A stretch of 64,000 nt of DNA from an uncultured Lachnoclostridium sp. (lineage in GTDB: Bacteria > Bacillota > Clostridia > Lachnospirales > Lachnospiraceae), in contig CAZOZM010000001.1 in the NCBI GenBank assembly GCA_964584255.1, forward strand, positions 147,282 through 211,281. The letters run 5' to 3'. Made by a program: the position numbers and the translations under genes. The notes beneath the pieces were generated by a model. That model did not search any database and had not been told where the DNA came from. It saw only the letters and a program-made list of their open reading frames with translations. Below are positions 16,131 through 26,773 of the stretch, in pieces. Every line of letters begins with the position of its first letter. The stretch's first letter is position 1.

Positions 16131-17597
16131 TTACATTGTCTCTGCGATACTTCCCAGATAATAAAAGCCTTTACATTCATCAAGACTTACATTAACAAGT
16201 TTACCGAGGATTGAAGAATCAGCCGGAAAATGAACAATCAGATTGTTATCAAGTCTTCCAGATACCGTTCCTTTTTCACTATTGTACTCTTCTGCCAATA
16301 CTGTCTGAATACTTCCTGTAAGCTTTTCCGTTTCTTTTGCTGTTGTTTCATGTATTGTTTCAAGTAGTCGGTTGAATCTCTCTGTAATTACTTCTTCTGT
16401 GATCTTATCAGGCATCTTTGCAGCAGGAGTTCCCCTTCTCACTGAGTATTGGAATGTATATGCACTTGTAAATCCGGCCTTTTTAACTACATCCACTGTG
16501 TCAAGGAAGTCCTCTTCTGTCTCACCCGGAAAACCAACAATTATATCTGTGGTAACCGCAACATTCTCAATTTTTGCCTTGATCCTGCCAACAAGATCCA
16601 AATATGACTCTTTGGTATAATGTCGGTTCATCCTTTTTAACACATCTGACGAACCGCTCTGCATTGGAAGATGTACATGTTTACATACTTTCGGATTCGA
16701 AGCAATTTCATCAATAAGTTCCTCTGAAAGATCCTTAGGATGCGGTGTCATAAATCTGATACGCTTGATCTTTTCTACCTTTGATACCATATTGAGTATT
16801 TCTGCAAAGCTCACCTTGTTTTCAAGGTCCTTTCCGTATGAGTTTACGTTCTGACCCAAGAGCATTACCTCTACAACACCATTATCAGCGAGTTCGTCTA
16901 CTTCTTTTACAATATCTTCAGGTTTTCTTGAGCGTTCCCTTCCTCTGACGTAAGGAACAATGCAATAAGTACAGAAATTATTACATCCATACATGATATT
17001 CACTCCGGCTTTAAAACCATACTTTTGCTCGGAAGGAAGCTCCTCAACAATTTCACTGTTTTCAGTCATTATATTTATGAGTGGCTTCTTTGACTCAGTA
17101 GTAAAACGCTGATATACCAGCTCTGCAAGTTCATATATGTTGAATGTACCGAAAACTATATCAACAAATCTGTAACTTTCACGGATTTTATTAATTACAT
17201 GTTCTTCCTGCATCATACAGCCACACAGAGCAATAATCATGTCCCTGTTTTTCTTTTTTAGATTTCCGAGATAGCCTATTCTTCCATAAACTTTTGTATT
17301 GGCATTTTCTCTTACCGTACAAGTGTTATAAAGGACAAAATCTGCTTTTTCATTATCTGTTTCTACATATCCTATTGTAGACAGAATACCTGCAAGTTTT
17401 TCACTGTCTTTTGCATTCATCTGGCATCCGAAGGTCTGGATGTTATACGTAAGTTTTCTGCCTTTTTCCTTTGTTTTCTCCCCGACAAGAGCCTGAAGTT
17501 TTTTAATATAGTAGTACTGTCTTAAAGGCTCTTTGACAGGAGCCGGACCATTTACGTCAATTCCGGCAAGCAATTCTTTTAAGTATTCTTCAGTCAT
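16131..17597 (-). CDS. miaB: tRNA-i6A37 methylthiotransferase MiaB
   Basis: UPF0004 N-domain (QTFGCQMN), radical-SAM CNNFCTYCIVP, C-terminal TRAM domain. Confidence 0.95.
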   Translation of the reverse strand: MTEEYLKELLAGIDVNGPAPVKEPLRQYYYIKKLQALVGEKTKEKGRKLTYNIQTFGCQMNAKDSEKLAGILSTIGYVETDNEKADFVLYNTCTVRENANTKVYGRIGYLGNLKKKNRDMIIALCGCMMQEEHVINKIRESYRFVDIVFGTFNIYELAELVYQRFTTESKKPLINIMTENSEIVEELPSEQKYGFKAGVNIMYGCNNFCTYCIVPYVRGRERSRKPEDIVKEVDELADNGVVEVMLLGQNVNSYGKDLENKVSFAEILNMVSKVEKIKRIRFMTPHPKDLSEELIDEIASNPKVCKHVHLPMQSGSSDVLKRMNRHYTKESYLDLVGRIKAKIENVAVTTDIIVGFPGETEEDFLDTVDVVKKAGFTSAYTFQYSVRRGTPAAKMPDKITEEVITERFNRLLETIHETTAKETEKLTGSIQTVLAEEYNSEKGTVSGRLDNNLIVHFPADSSILGKLVNVSLDECKGFYYLGSIAETM

Positions 17598-17627
17598 AAA
17601 AACCTCCTGAAAATAAATGGTTTAAAT

Positions 17628-18209
17628 TCATCTGTAAATATTAAGCTCTGTTATTACCATGTCCGGCTTAATATCAAGTTCGTCGCAAGGCAATGAATCG
17701 GTTTTTTCCAATTCATATGCAAGCATTATCTTGTGAATATACGGATACCGGCTGAGATATTTATCGTAGAATCCGCCGCCGTAACCGATTCTGTTCAATT
17801 TATTGTCGAATGCCAGTCCCGGCAATAAAATTACTGTTTTTACCGATGGTTCAGGGATAAATTCCTCCGAAGAAACAGGTTCCAGAATTCCAAATGCTCC
17901 CGGCTTCAAATCAGAAAAGCTCTTTATATAAAAGAATTTCATCTGATCCTTTGAAACAACTCTTGGAACAGCAATTTTTTTACCGGATTTTATAGCTTCA
18001 TTTATCAAAACATGAGTATCAACCTCTGAACTGAAACTGACATATGGTAATATTACATCAGCCTCTTTATATTCGTCCAAATCAAACAGTTTTTTTGCAA
18101 TTATGGCTGAGTGCATCATTATTCTGTTGACAGAAAGAGTTGATCGCTGTTTTTTCATCTCATTTCTGATTTGGATTTTGTCTTTGCTCTCAATTACGGC
18201 ATTTGTCAT
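17628..18209 (-). CDS. 5-formyltetrahydrofolate cyclo-ligase
   Basis: 193 aa; GYGGGFYDKYL motif and LLPGLAFD. Confidence 0.85.
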   Translation of the reverse strand: MTNAVIESKDKIQIRNEMKKQRSTLSVNRIMMHSAIIAKKLFDLDEYKEADVILPYVSFSSEVDTHVLINEAIKSGKKIAVPRVVSKDQMKFFYIKSFSDLKPGAFGILEPVSSEEFIPEPSVKTVILLPGLAFDNKLNRIGYGGGFYDKYLSRYPYIHKIMLAYELEKTDSLPCDELDIKPDMVITELNIYR

Positions 18210-18226
18210 AAATTATAAACCTTTCG

Positions 18227-19822
18227 TTATGTATTCTCATCAAGATATTCCTTAATGATTTGTTCAGCTGTCTTTATGCCATCTAAGGCTGCGGACATAA
18301 TTCCTCCGGCATATCCTGCCCCCTCTCCGCACGGATATATTCCTTTTATGGTGGATTGCAGGTTTTCTGAATCTCTTGTAATTCTTACCGGACTTGAAGT
18401 TCTTGTTTCAATACCGCACAGAATAACCCCCTCATTGCCGAAACCATGAATTTTATTATCAAAAGCTTTCATGCCTTCAATAATACTTTCAGAAATATAT
18501 TCAGGCAGACAATTTCTTATGTTTGCAGATTTATACAAACCTTTAATAGGAAGAAGATCCGGTATTCCATCAGATATGTTCGAACTCGAAAAATCTTTAA
18601 AAAACTGAACCGGAATTTTACCTTCAGCTAAATCATATGCCATTCTTTCATATTTTTGCTGAAAATACATTCCTGACAGAGGCTCATTTCCAAATCCTGC
18701 ATTTTCAAAATCCTCTTTTGTTACTGTACAGACGATTGCAGAATTGGCATATTTTCCGCTTCTGTCAGAATAACTCATTCCGTTAACCAATGTTTCATTT
18801 TTATTGGATGAGGCATTTACAACATATCCTCCGGGACACATACAAAATGAATATACCCCTCTTCCGTTTTCGCATGTATGTGTAACCTTGTATGATGCCG
18901 GTGGAAGTTTCGACGCAAATCTTCCATATTGAGCGGAATTAATAAGAGACTGCTCATGAATCACTCTTACACCGACAGCATATGCTTTGGGCTCCATTGG
19001 TATGTTTTTTTCGTTTAGCATTAAAAATGTGTCACGTGCACTGTGGCCTGTTGCAAGAACAACCCGTTCAGTTTCAATCTTTTTATCACCATTAACTGAT
19101 ATGGCTTTAAGCCTGCCGTCCTCAATAAGGAGGTCAGACAGTTTTGATGAAAAGTAAACATCTCCACCGTGTGCAATTATATCTTTACGCATTTTTTCCA
19201 CAATTGAAATCAGAGAATCCGTTCCTATATGTGGTTTACTGTCATACAAAATTTCTTCATTTGCACCAAAGCTGACAAAAGTTTCAAGAACAAACTTACC
19301 TTTGTTTTCCTTATCCTTTATCAGTGTATTAAGTTTACCGTCTGAAAAAGTTCCGGCTCCTCCCTCGCCAAAACAAACATTTGATTCAGGATTAATTATG
19401 CCGGTTCTGAAAAAATTCTCTACGTCCGAACTTCTTTCAGAAACATCTTTACCTCTTTCAATACATAAAGGTTTAAGTCCTGCACGAGCCAGAACATATG
19501 CACAAAATAAACCTGCAGGACCCATACCGACAATAACCGGTCTTTTATGATTAACGCAGGAACTTACCTTAGGAATGGCGTAATTACCAGGATTCACAAT
19601 TCCCACTTCATTCGGCTTAAATTTTTTCTTTATCGGTACTGATGTATCTACATCAACGGCATATACATATTGTAATTCATCTTTTCTTGCGTCCAGAGAT
19701 CTTCTGAATATTTTTAAGTCATTTATCTGATTCTCTTTAATTCCGAGTATCAGAGCGGCTTTTTTTAATACATCCTTTTCCTTATGTTCTATCGGAAGCT
19801 TAATTTGGTATATCCTATACAT
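18227..19822 (-). CDS. FAD-dependent oxidoreductase (COG2509-like)
   Basis: AAGGAG RBS before Met24 of the ORF; dinucleotide fold VGMGPAGLFCA; C-terminal CGEGAGYAGGI. Confidence 0.8.
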   Translation of the reverse strand: MYRIYQIKLPIEHKEKDVLKKAALILGIKENQINDLKIFRRSLDARKDELQYVYAVDVDTSVPIKKKFKPNEVGIVNPGNYAIPKVSSCVNHKRPVIVGMGPAGLFCAYVLARAGLKPLCIERGKDVSERSSDVENFFRTGIINPESNVCFGEGGAGTFSDGKLNTLIKDKENKGKFVLETFVSFGANEEILYDSKPHIGTDSLISIVEKMRKDIIAHGGDVYFSSKLSDLLIEDGRLKAISVNGDKKIETERVVLATGHSARDTFLMLNEKNIPMEPKAYAVGVRVIHEQSLINSAQYGRFASKLPPASYKVTHTCENGRGVYSFCMCPGGYVVNASSNKNETLVNGMSYSDRSGKYANSAIVCTVTKEDFENAGFGNEPLSGMYFQQKYERMAYDLAEGKIPVQFFKDFSSSNISDGIPDLLPIKGLYKSANIRNCLPEYISESIIEGMKAFDNKIHGFGNEGVILCGIETRTSSPVRITRDSENLQSTIKGIYPCGEGAGYAGGIMSAALDGIKTAEQIIKEYLDENT

Positions 19823-19842
19823 AAAGGCTCCTTGTTCTGTAT

Positions 19843-21093
19843 TTATAATGCTGCATTTTCTCCGGCAATATAACCTGAGGAAAATGCCCATTGAAGATTA
19901 TATCCGCCACATGTTCCGTCAACATCAAGAATTTCACCGGTAAAATACAATCCCTTCAGTTTATAGGAATGAAAATTTGAATTTACTTCGGAAAGCGGGA
20001 TGCCTCCTGATGTAACTTGTGCTTTATCAAATCCACATGTACCGATAATGTCGATTTGCAATTCCTTCATGCACAGAATAAGTTTATTGATATCGGAAGG
20101 TCGTAACACGGATGCTTTTTTATCCGGATTCAAACCGGCCTCTCTGATTATATAATTTAAGAGTTTAGAATTCATAAGACCTGTTAAAGTCTCAAATACT
20201 GTTTTACCCCCTGCATATGGAGAGAAGAACCTTCTTGAAAGAATACTGTATAATTCCTCATTGGTAAATTCTTCAAAAAGATCTATTTTAAGGAAAACCC
20301 TGCTGCCTATATTTTTACCATAATATGTACTAAGCTGCATTACCGGAATTCCGCCAATATAATCCTTGTTGATGATTAACTCTCCATTTTCTTCCTTTAC
20401 CAATTTTGTATCTGCATACAAACCGACCCCGGCTTTAAATCTTACTCCGGATATTTTAGAAAGGTTTTTATCTTTATACAAAAGACCTGTCAATGCAGGA
20501 TACATTTCGGTAAAAGAATGACCTAATCGCTTTATTACAGGATACAGATTTCCATCGCTTCCCATATTAGGAGCAGCCAATCCTCCTACAGAAATAATAA
20601 GTGCATCACAAAGATATGTTGATTGAGAGCCAATACATAAGTATCCGTTGTTATTCTTTCTTATATCAACAATTCTCTCATCGAGGATTACTTTTACTTT
20701 TAGTCTCTTTAACTCATAGGAAAAAATTTCCGTTACAGACGAAGCCTGCTCAGATGCCGGATATAAATACCCATTAATATCTCTGGGAAGCATGCCCAGT
20801 TCAGAAAAAAACACTGTCAGTCGGTCCGTTCCGAATCTATCCAAGGTTTTGTCTATCAAATGTGCTTTATCTTCTTTAGTTCTGAAGAAATCGGAAGACA
20901 TGTTTAAATTGCTATAGTTGCATCTTCCGTTACCGGTAGCGCATATCTTTCTTCCAATCTTTGAATTACTGTCAATAAGGGTTACGTTGCATCCGTTTCT
21001 TGCAGCCGTAACAGCTGCCATTAATCCTGATGCGCCGGCACCTATTACAATTATATTCTTCAAGTTACTCCTCCTGCGTTTATTCAAACTCAA
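19843..21093 (-). CDS. NAD(P)/FAD-dependent oxidoreductase, HI0933/BaiN-like
   Basis: VIGAGASGLMAA Rossmann motif; C-terminal FTGEILDVDGTCGGYNLQWAFSSG. An alternative TTG start at 21063 follows an AGGAGG RBS. Confidence 0.85.
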   Translation of the reverse strand: MSLNKRRRSNLKNIIVIGAGASGLMAAVTAARNGCNVTLIDSNSKIGRKICATGNGRCNYSNLNMSSDFFRTKEDKAHLIDKTLDRFGTDRLTVFFSELGMLPRDINGYLYPASEQASSVTEIFSYELKRLKVKVILDERIVDIRKNNNGYLCIGSQSTYLCDALIISVGGLAAPNMGSDGNLYPVIKRLGHSFTEMYPALTGLLYKDKNLSKISGVRFKAGVGLYADTKLVKEENGELIINKDYIGGIPVMQLSTYYGKNIGSRVFLKIDLFEEFTNEELYSILSRRFFSPYAGGKTVFETLTGLMNSKLLNYIIREAGLNPDKKASVLRPSDINKLILCMKELQIDIIGTCGFDKAQVTSGGIPLSEVNSNFHSYKLKGLYFTGEILDVDGTCGGYNLQWAFSSGYIAGENAAL

Positions 21094-21497
21094 CTGACAA
21101 ATGATTCCAACAACTGGAATGCCTGTTCAACGGAATCAATTTCTATTCCTTCTTTCAGTATTGTAATATCATCAGCTTCCATACCTTCACAATAGAAATC
21201 AGTTGTATAAACTGTATTTCCTTCCGCATCGGATATTTTAATCTGATTATCCAAAAGTTTAATCATAAAATGTGAAGGCGGATCTGTTTTTGACTCCGTT
21301 TTACCGGAAGTACTTATCGGATACAGATTATCATCTGACAGCCTGTCCAAAATACTTATTTCAGAACTTTCCTGTTTATACAAATCTGAAATTCTGTTCT
21401 TTTCATTTTTATATATCTTTGAAAAAATGACAAAACAGGCCGTTACCGTAATTATAATGATAAGGGACGAAAGTAAAATGTATAAATATTTTTTCAT
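21090..21497 (-). CDS. Small membrane-anchored hypothetical protein
   Basis: N-terminal TM (YILLSSLIIIITVTACFVIF); translationally coupled to the downstream flavoprotein; no family recognised. Confidence 0.5.
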   Translation of the reverse strand: MKKYLYILLSSLIIIITVTACFVIFSKIYKNEKNRISDLYKQESSEISILDRLSDDNLYPISTSGKTESKTDPPSHFMIKLLDNQIKISDAEGNTVYTTDFYCEGMEADDITILKEGIEIDSVEQAFQLLESFVS

Positions 21498-21655
21498 GTA
21501 CATACCTCAATATGAATTTATGATATCAGTATGTCCATTTTAAAAATTTTTATGCATTACTCCCGGTCCGGTTTAAAACTTATCTATCCGGTTTTATATC
21601 TTTTCCATGTATATCATTCCATTGATTACCCATGCCTGCTGAAAATCAGTTTATC

Positions 21656-23275
21656 TTACAGAATATGAATCTTTTTAAATATTCTGACCATAAGAGTTCC
21701 CTTAGGCATATCCTTAAGCTCGCTTTCCGTCAAGCCTTTAAGTTTTATCAGAAGTATAAAATATACCGGAATGCAGACAAAGATTGATAGTACTGTTGCA
21801 ACAGAATTTCCCAACACATGAATCAATCGGTATACAAGCACACCTATAATTCCCATAATTATCGATGAAATAAAAGGAATGATAAATGTCTTTTTTACTT
21901 CCTGACGATAATCAATCAGTTTTCCTATCGATATCCAGTTCAATACACAGACAACAAGAGGAAAAATGATGTTACAGATGACCAAGGCATAAACATTTAA
22001 ATCCGTAAATAACAAAAGCATACAGAGTAATGGTATGTGGATAAGTAACGAAACTGCTGAATGAATTACAGGGAGACGCATTCTGTTAATTCCCTGCAGT
22101 ATTCCATTGGTTACAGTGGACAGTGCGAAAAACACAACACATATACCACCCAGTCGCATTACATTTGCCGTAACATCCGAACCGTCTCCAAACAATAAAA
22201 GCATTATAGGACGCGCAAAAAAACTAAGTCCCACCGCACAAGGAAAGGCAATAATCATATTGAACTTTACAACAGATGCGATTTTAACCTTCATACTCTC
22301 TATCCGGCCTCTTGAATATTCTGTTATAAGTGAAGGAACAACAGCAGTACCCATGGCACTTGCAACTGCAACAGGTACATTTGACAGCGTTCTGTACTTA
22401 TTTGAATATACACTCCATAAAGAACTTCTTATCTCATCGTCAAAACCTTTTGAGGCCATAATTCTGTTATAAAATACACTGTCAACCGTTCCTGATATCT
22501 GATAAATCGTCTGACTGATTATAACCGGTAAAGCAGTTGCCAAAAGTACCTTTAAAATTGAAGATGTACTTTCCTTAAAGCTTACTTCTTCATCTGTGAT
22601 TCGTTGTTTTATCAGCGGTCTGTATATGAAATAAACTATAACCAGAACAACTAACGATGCTATTGCTCCGGACAAAGTTCCCAAAGTTCCGCCTGCAGCA
22701 CCATATGCTTCGGCATTCGATTTGTAACTGAAATGCTTTAACATAAAGTATGATGCAATTATACTGACAAGCGCATTTACAATCTGTTCTATTACCTGCG
22801 AAATCGCTGTAGGAACCATGTTGTTAAATCCCTGAAAATAGCCCCTTATTACACCCATTACCGAAAAAACGAAAATAGTTGGTGCAAGAACTCTCAAAGG
22901 TATGGCAACATTTGGATTTTTTATCAGCAGAGAATATGCATCCGATAAAAGATATACTATAACAGTTGCAATAAAACCTACTATTGAAGAAAAAACAAGA
23001 GTCGTTTTAAAAACCTTATGGCTGTTAAAATACTCTTCTTTTCCGACTCTTGCCGCAACAAGCTTTGAAACGGACAGCGGTATACTATAGGAAGACAGAA
23101 TTAAAGCAAGGTTATATATTTCAAAAGCATAGCTGTAATATCCCATTGCAGTATCACCGAGAATTCGCGTCATTGGAATTCTATATATCAGTCCGATAAA
23201 GCGTACGACTATAGATGCAACAGCAAGAATAGAACCCTGAACAAGAAAGTTTTTCTTTAAATTTTCTTTACTCAT
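21656..23275 (-). CDS. MOP-superfamily flippase (SpoVB/MurJ-like polysaccharide biosynthesis protein)
   Basis: 539 aa with about 14 hydrophobic spans; N-terminal GSILAVASIVVRFIGLIYRIP is typical of SpoVB-like proteins. Confidence 0.8.
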   Translation of the reverse strand: MSKENLKKNFLVQGSILAVASIVVRFIGLIYRIPMTRILGDTAMGYYSYAFEIYNLALILSSYSIPLSVSKLVAARVGKEEYFNSHKVFKTTLVFSSIVGFIATVIVYLLSDAYSLLIKNPNVAIPLRVLAPTIFVFSVMGVIRGYFQGFNNMVPTAISQVIEQIVNALVSIIASYFMLKHFSYKSNAEAYGAAGGTLGTLSGAIASLVVLVIVYFIYRPLIKQRITDEEVSFKESTSSILKVLLATALPVIISQTIYQISGTVDSVFYNRIMASKGFDDEIRSSLWSVYSNKYRTLSNVPVAVASAMGTAVVPSLITEYSRGRIESMKVKIASVVKFNMIIAFPCAVGLSFFARPIMLLLFGDGSDVTANVMRLGGICVVFFALSTVTNGILQGINRMRLPVIHSAVSLLIHIPLLCMLLLFTDLNVYALVICNIIFPLVVCVLNWISIGKLIDYRQEVKKTFIIPFISSIIMGIIGVLVYRLIHVLGNSVATVLSIFVCIPVYFILLIKLKGLTESELKDMPKGTLMVRIFKKIHIL

Positions 23276-23774
23276 AATCCCTTGTTATATTTATCCCTTC
23301 AAGTATTTTATTTTGCATGTCTTCCATTACTTTTCTTTCATCATCGTCAATATGATCATAACCGAAAAGATGAAGCACGCTATGTGTTAAAAGGAATGCA
23401 ATTTCCCTTATGATTGAATGATTGTACTCTTCAGACTGACTTTTAGCTGTTTCAAGGCTTATAACAACATCACCAATTAACAGTTCGCCGCTTTCAAAAT
23501 CAAAAAGTGTGATATCGTTTTCGTCAATGAAATCAAAGCATCCCGGCTTATCATATTCGAGCATTGGAAATGACAGAACATCTGTCGCCTTATCAATGTC
23601 TCTTGTTTCTCTGTTGATTTCATGAATCCCCTCATTATCGGTAAGTAAAACATTCACCGATAGCTCATACGGACAATTAACATAATCAGCAGCTGCATTA
23701 ACCACCTTTTCAAACAGAGGCTGATATTCTATCTCATTGAGCAGGTCAGTTTCTTTTTCAATTAATATTGTCAT
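23268..23774 (-). CDS. ybeY: rRNA maturation endoribonuclease YbeY
   Basis: Zinc motif HSVLHLFGYDH. Confidence 0.95.
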   Translation of the reverse strand: MTILIEKETDLLNEIEYQPLFEKVVNAAADYVNCPYELSVNVLLTDNEGIHEINRETRDIDKATDVLSFPMLEYDKPGCFDFIDENDITLFDFESGELLIGDVVISLETAKSQSEEYNHSIIREIAFLLTHSVLHLFGYDHIDDDERKVMEDMQNKILEGINITRDYE

Positions 23775-24829
23775 TTGCTTTCTCCGGTATTCCTTCTTAT
23801 ATTTTTCGAAGGGTAATTTTTTTCATAAGACTTATCATGATTACGATTGTTCTTTGTCGGTTTTGAGTTTTTATCTGCAAACCGGGCTTCGTAATCATCA
23901 TAGGCCTGTACAATTTTCTGAACAAGAGGATGTCTTACAACATCCTTACTTGTAAGTTTTACAACTCCAATTTCATCAATATCGGCAAGAACTTTAAGTG
24001 CAACTTCTAACCCGGATGTCTGCCCCTCCAAAAGATCCTTTTGTGTGAGGTCACCGGTAATAACAACTTTTGAACCCAAACCTATTCTTGTCAGAAACAT
24101 CTTCATCTGTGCCGGTGTTGTATTCTGGGCCTCATCCAAAATAATGAATGCATTATCCAGAGTACGTCCACGCATATAAGCCAAAGGAGCAACTTCAATT
24201 AATCCCTTTTCGGAATTTTTTTGAAAAGAATCTGCTCCCATAATCTGATACAATGCATCGTATAACGGCCTTAAATAGGGATCGATCTTACTCTGAAGAT
24301 CACCCGGTAAAAAACCAAGTTTCTCGCCTGCTTCTATGGCCGGTCTCGTCAGGATGATTCTGTTTACCTCGTCATTTTTAAAGGCTGTTATGGCAGCCGC
24401 CATGGCAAGATATGTTTTACCCGTTCCTGCCGGGCCTACTCCGAATACAATCATTTTTTCTCTGATGTTATCAATGTAGTTTTTCTGACCGAGTGTCTTT
24501 GGTTTTAGAGGTTTCCCGGTTATCGTATGACATATAAGATCCTTATCTATTTCAACAATACTCCCGGAATCTCCGGTGGCCAAAAGAGAAAGGCTGTAAT
24601 TAACATTTTGAGTTGTAATTGAATTACCTCTCTTTGATAATTCATACAGGCTCTTAATACATTCCCTGGCATTTTTAACAGGACCTTCTTCACCTATTAT
24701 CTTCAACTCATTTTCTCTCTGAATTAAAGTAACATGTAGTGATTTTTCAATAATCTTGGCATGTGCATCATAATCACCCAGTATATTACTTAAATGAGAA
24801 GAAGTAATATCGGTTATTGATTCAATCAT
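23771..24829 (-). CDS. phoH: PhoH-family ATPase
   Basis: GGGAGG RBS before Met12; Walker A GPAGTGKTY; ILDEAQN; basic C-terminal tail of about 40 aa. Confidence 0.9.
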   Translation of the reverse strand: MIESITDITSSHLSNILGDYDAHAKIIEKSLHVTLIQRENELKIIGEEGPVKNARECIKSLYELSKRGNSITTQNVNYSLSLLATGDSGSIVEIDKDLICHTITGKPLKPKTLGQKNYIDNIREKMIVFGVGPAGTGKTYLAMAAAITAFKNDEVNRIILTRPAIEAGEKLGFLPGDLQSKIDPYLRPLYDALYQIMGADSFQKNSEKGLIEVAPLAYMRGRTLDNAFIILDEAQNTTPAQMKMFLTRIGLGSKVVITGDLTQKDLLEGQTSGLEVALKVLADIDEIGVVKLTSKDVVRHPLVQKIVQAYDDYEARFADKNSKPTKNNRNHDKSYEKNYPSKNIRRNTGESK

Positions 24830-24845
24830 ATAAGCCTCCCGTACT

Positions 24846-26006
24846 TTAGTTTTTTTCTCCAACCGTTCCCCTTAAATCAAGCCGTAGCATTCCATCTACT
24901 CTGTCGGGACCGCATTCATATATCAGCTCACTGTTTAGAATCTGCACTCCATCTTTTATATATGAAGTCATAATTTCATTTGCAGAAGAGCTCAATATTT
25001 CCTTTGCTTCGTCAGGCGTTATTATATCTGTTTCATACTCATACTCCAGATAGTAACTTCTCTGAATATCCAATTTCAAAAAGTTCAATCCGAATAGATT
25101 TAACGCTATAGTTCTTTTTATTATATCACAATCAGTGTTTGAAATACTAGGTTCATATGAAAAAAGTTTGTTTTTTCCAAAGTTTACACCAAGACCTCTT
25201 TTACCTGCTCCAACATAAACCTTTGTATCAGTTTTCAAGCTCTGTGATAATGGAATATCCAAACTGTATTCCACTACTGCATAACCATCTGGCACAACAT
25301 CCCTTGATGCGACAACTTCATCATATGTATTTTTTATATCAATATGCCCATCAATTATAACATCTCCGGGTTTTATAACATCCCCTTTCTTAACCGCTGC
25401 AGTTCCTTCTCTGACATAAACCTCCGTCACGACACCATATATGTTTGAAATATAGGTCTGACTAAGAAAGTCATCATCATATTCTTCATCAATCTCTATA
25501 TACAAATCATTTCCCTTATAGTAGAAGCTGCACCATTTTACATATTTGTTGTCATTTAGGAAATCTTCAGACAATTTTGCATAGTCAATTTTATCTAACT
25601 CTGACAAATTTAGTATATCTTTCTTCTCAAGATAGCTTTCAATATATTCTGTTGAGTAGTAACTGTTTCCATCTGTTTTAATATTTAAAAGACGACTGTT
25701 CAGAAAAGAAAAGACAACTGTAATTATACATAAAAGTACAAGGCTTCTTTTATGATGCAGTATCCAATAGATATATGACACTACACCTCTTACATCCTCT
25801 ATATTGATATCCGCATCTATGCTGCGACTGTATTTTTTCAGCCTGTAGTAACCGAAAACATCTATATCTGCATAACAAACATTGTTTTCATTGTTAAGAT
25901 TTTTTATATTCAGTTTATTGTTCAAACAAAACCTGATTTGTCTGGGTGCTTTTTTCCCGTTTAGATTTATACGAAGTGAGCCGATAAGAAAAGCTAATCT
26001 GTTCAA
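24846..26006 (-). CDS. yqfD: Sporulation protein YqfD
   Basis: About 390 aa with a single central TM (LVLLCIITVVFSFL); conserved position between yqfC and phoH. Confidence 0.8.
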   Translation of the reverse strand: MNRLAFLIGSLRINLNGKKAPRQIRFCLNNKLNIKNLNNENNVCYADIDVFGYYRLKKYSRSIDADINIEDVRGVVSYIYWILHHKRSLVLLCIITVVFSFLNSRLLNIKTDGNSYYSTEYIESYLEKKDILNLSELDKIDYAKLSEDFLNDNKYVKWCSFYYKGNDLYIEIDEEYDDDFLSQTYISNIYGVVTEVYVREGTAAVKKGDVIKPGDVIIDGHIDIKNTYDEVVASRDVVPDGYAVVEYSLDIPLSQSLKTDTKVYVGAGKRGLGVNFGKNKLFSYEPSISNTDCDIIKRTIALNLFGLNFLKLDIQRSYYLEYEYETDIITPDEAKEILSSSANEIMTSYIKDGVQILNSELIYECGPDRVDGMLRLDLRGTVGEKN

Positions 26007-26365
26007 TTATATTCCTTTACATACTCTATTCTTTTTATAATTCCGCTTATAATCAGCTCATCCTCCGTGTAGCATTTAATACACAGGCCACACCCGGATA
26101 TACATACAATACAGGATGAACAAAGCAATTCTATTTTTTCATTTCCATAGCTTTTAACTTTTCCGTAGTTTTCCGCCCGAAGTTCGCATGCATTTATTAT
26201 CGTAATGATCAGACCGCATTTTAGTACATTGTCACGGAATTCATAGTTACATCCTATCCTTTGTGAACGCCTGTTTCTATGCCTGTTCCAACGTCTGCAT
26301 TCACCATTTAATTCGGATTTTATCTCCTCCAAATTTCTTTTAAATACGCTCTGACTTCTTTTCAT
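26003..26365 (-). CDS. yqfC: Sporulation protein YqfC (YabP family), unusually Cys-rich
   Basis: The C-terminal two thirds align by eye to B. subtilis YqfC (AENYGKVKSYGNEKIEL ... ISG.GL.IK.YTEDELIISGIIKRIEY); it overlaps the yqfD start. Confidence 0.65.
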   Translation of the reverse strand: MKRSQSVFKRNLEEIKSELNGECRRWNRHRNRRSQRIGCNYEFRDNVLKCGLIITIINACELRAENYGKVKSYGNEKIELLCSSCIVCISGCGLCIKCYTEDELIISGIIKRIEYVKEYN

Positions 26366-26386
26366 GACTTTTTATTTTATAATATG

Positions 26387-26416
26387 AAAAAAAGCTGCCA
26401 AAAATGACAGCTTTTT
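26387..26416 (-). terminator. Rho-independent terminator after rpsU
   Basis: Minus strand shows an AGCTG....CAGCT stem followed by a T7 run. Confidence 0.55.
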
Positions 26417-26430
26417 ACTAGTAATTCGTA

Positions 26431-26607
26431 TTATTTAAATTTTCTCTTACGAGCAGCCTCAGACTTCTTTTTACGTCTGACACTTGGCTTTTCATAATGC
26501 TCTCTTTTACGAATCTCCTGCTGGATACCAGCCTTAGCGCAATTTCTCTTAAAACGACGAAGTGCACTATCTAATGATTCGTTTTCCTTAACGATAACAT
26601 TTGACAT
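26431..26607 (-). CDS. rpsU: 30S ribosomal protein S21 (58 aa; below the ORF-track cutoff)
   Basis: Manual translation gives [58 protein letters not shown]; GGGGG-rich RBS upstream. Confidence 0.95.
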   Translation of the reverse strand: MSNVIVKENESLDSALRRFKRNCAKAGIQQEIRKREHYEKPSVRRKKKSEAARKRKFK

Positions 26608-26679
26608 TCTTCACAACCCCCTTCCAATCGTGGAATAGGTAAAACTACCGAAATTTTGCATTTACTCATGCACTGTTGT

Positions 26680-26709
26680 ATTATACTACACCGGTAGCGA
26701 ATAAGTCAA
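26680..26709 (-). promoter_or_regulatory. Putative sigmaA promoter of rpsU
   Basis: Minus strand reads TTGACT - 18 nt - TATAAT. Confidence 0.5.
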
Positions 26710-26773
26710 CAGTTATTCGGAAATTTTTAACACTAAATTAACGTTTTATCAAATTTAAGTTCAATTTCCTTTT

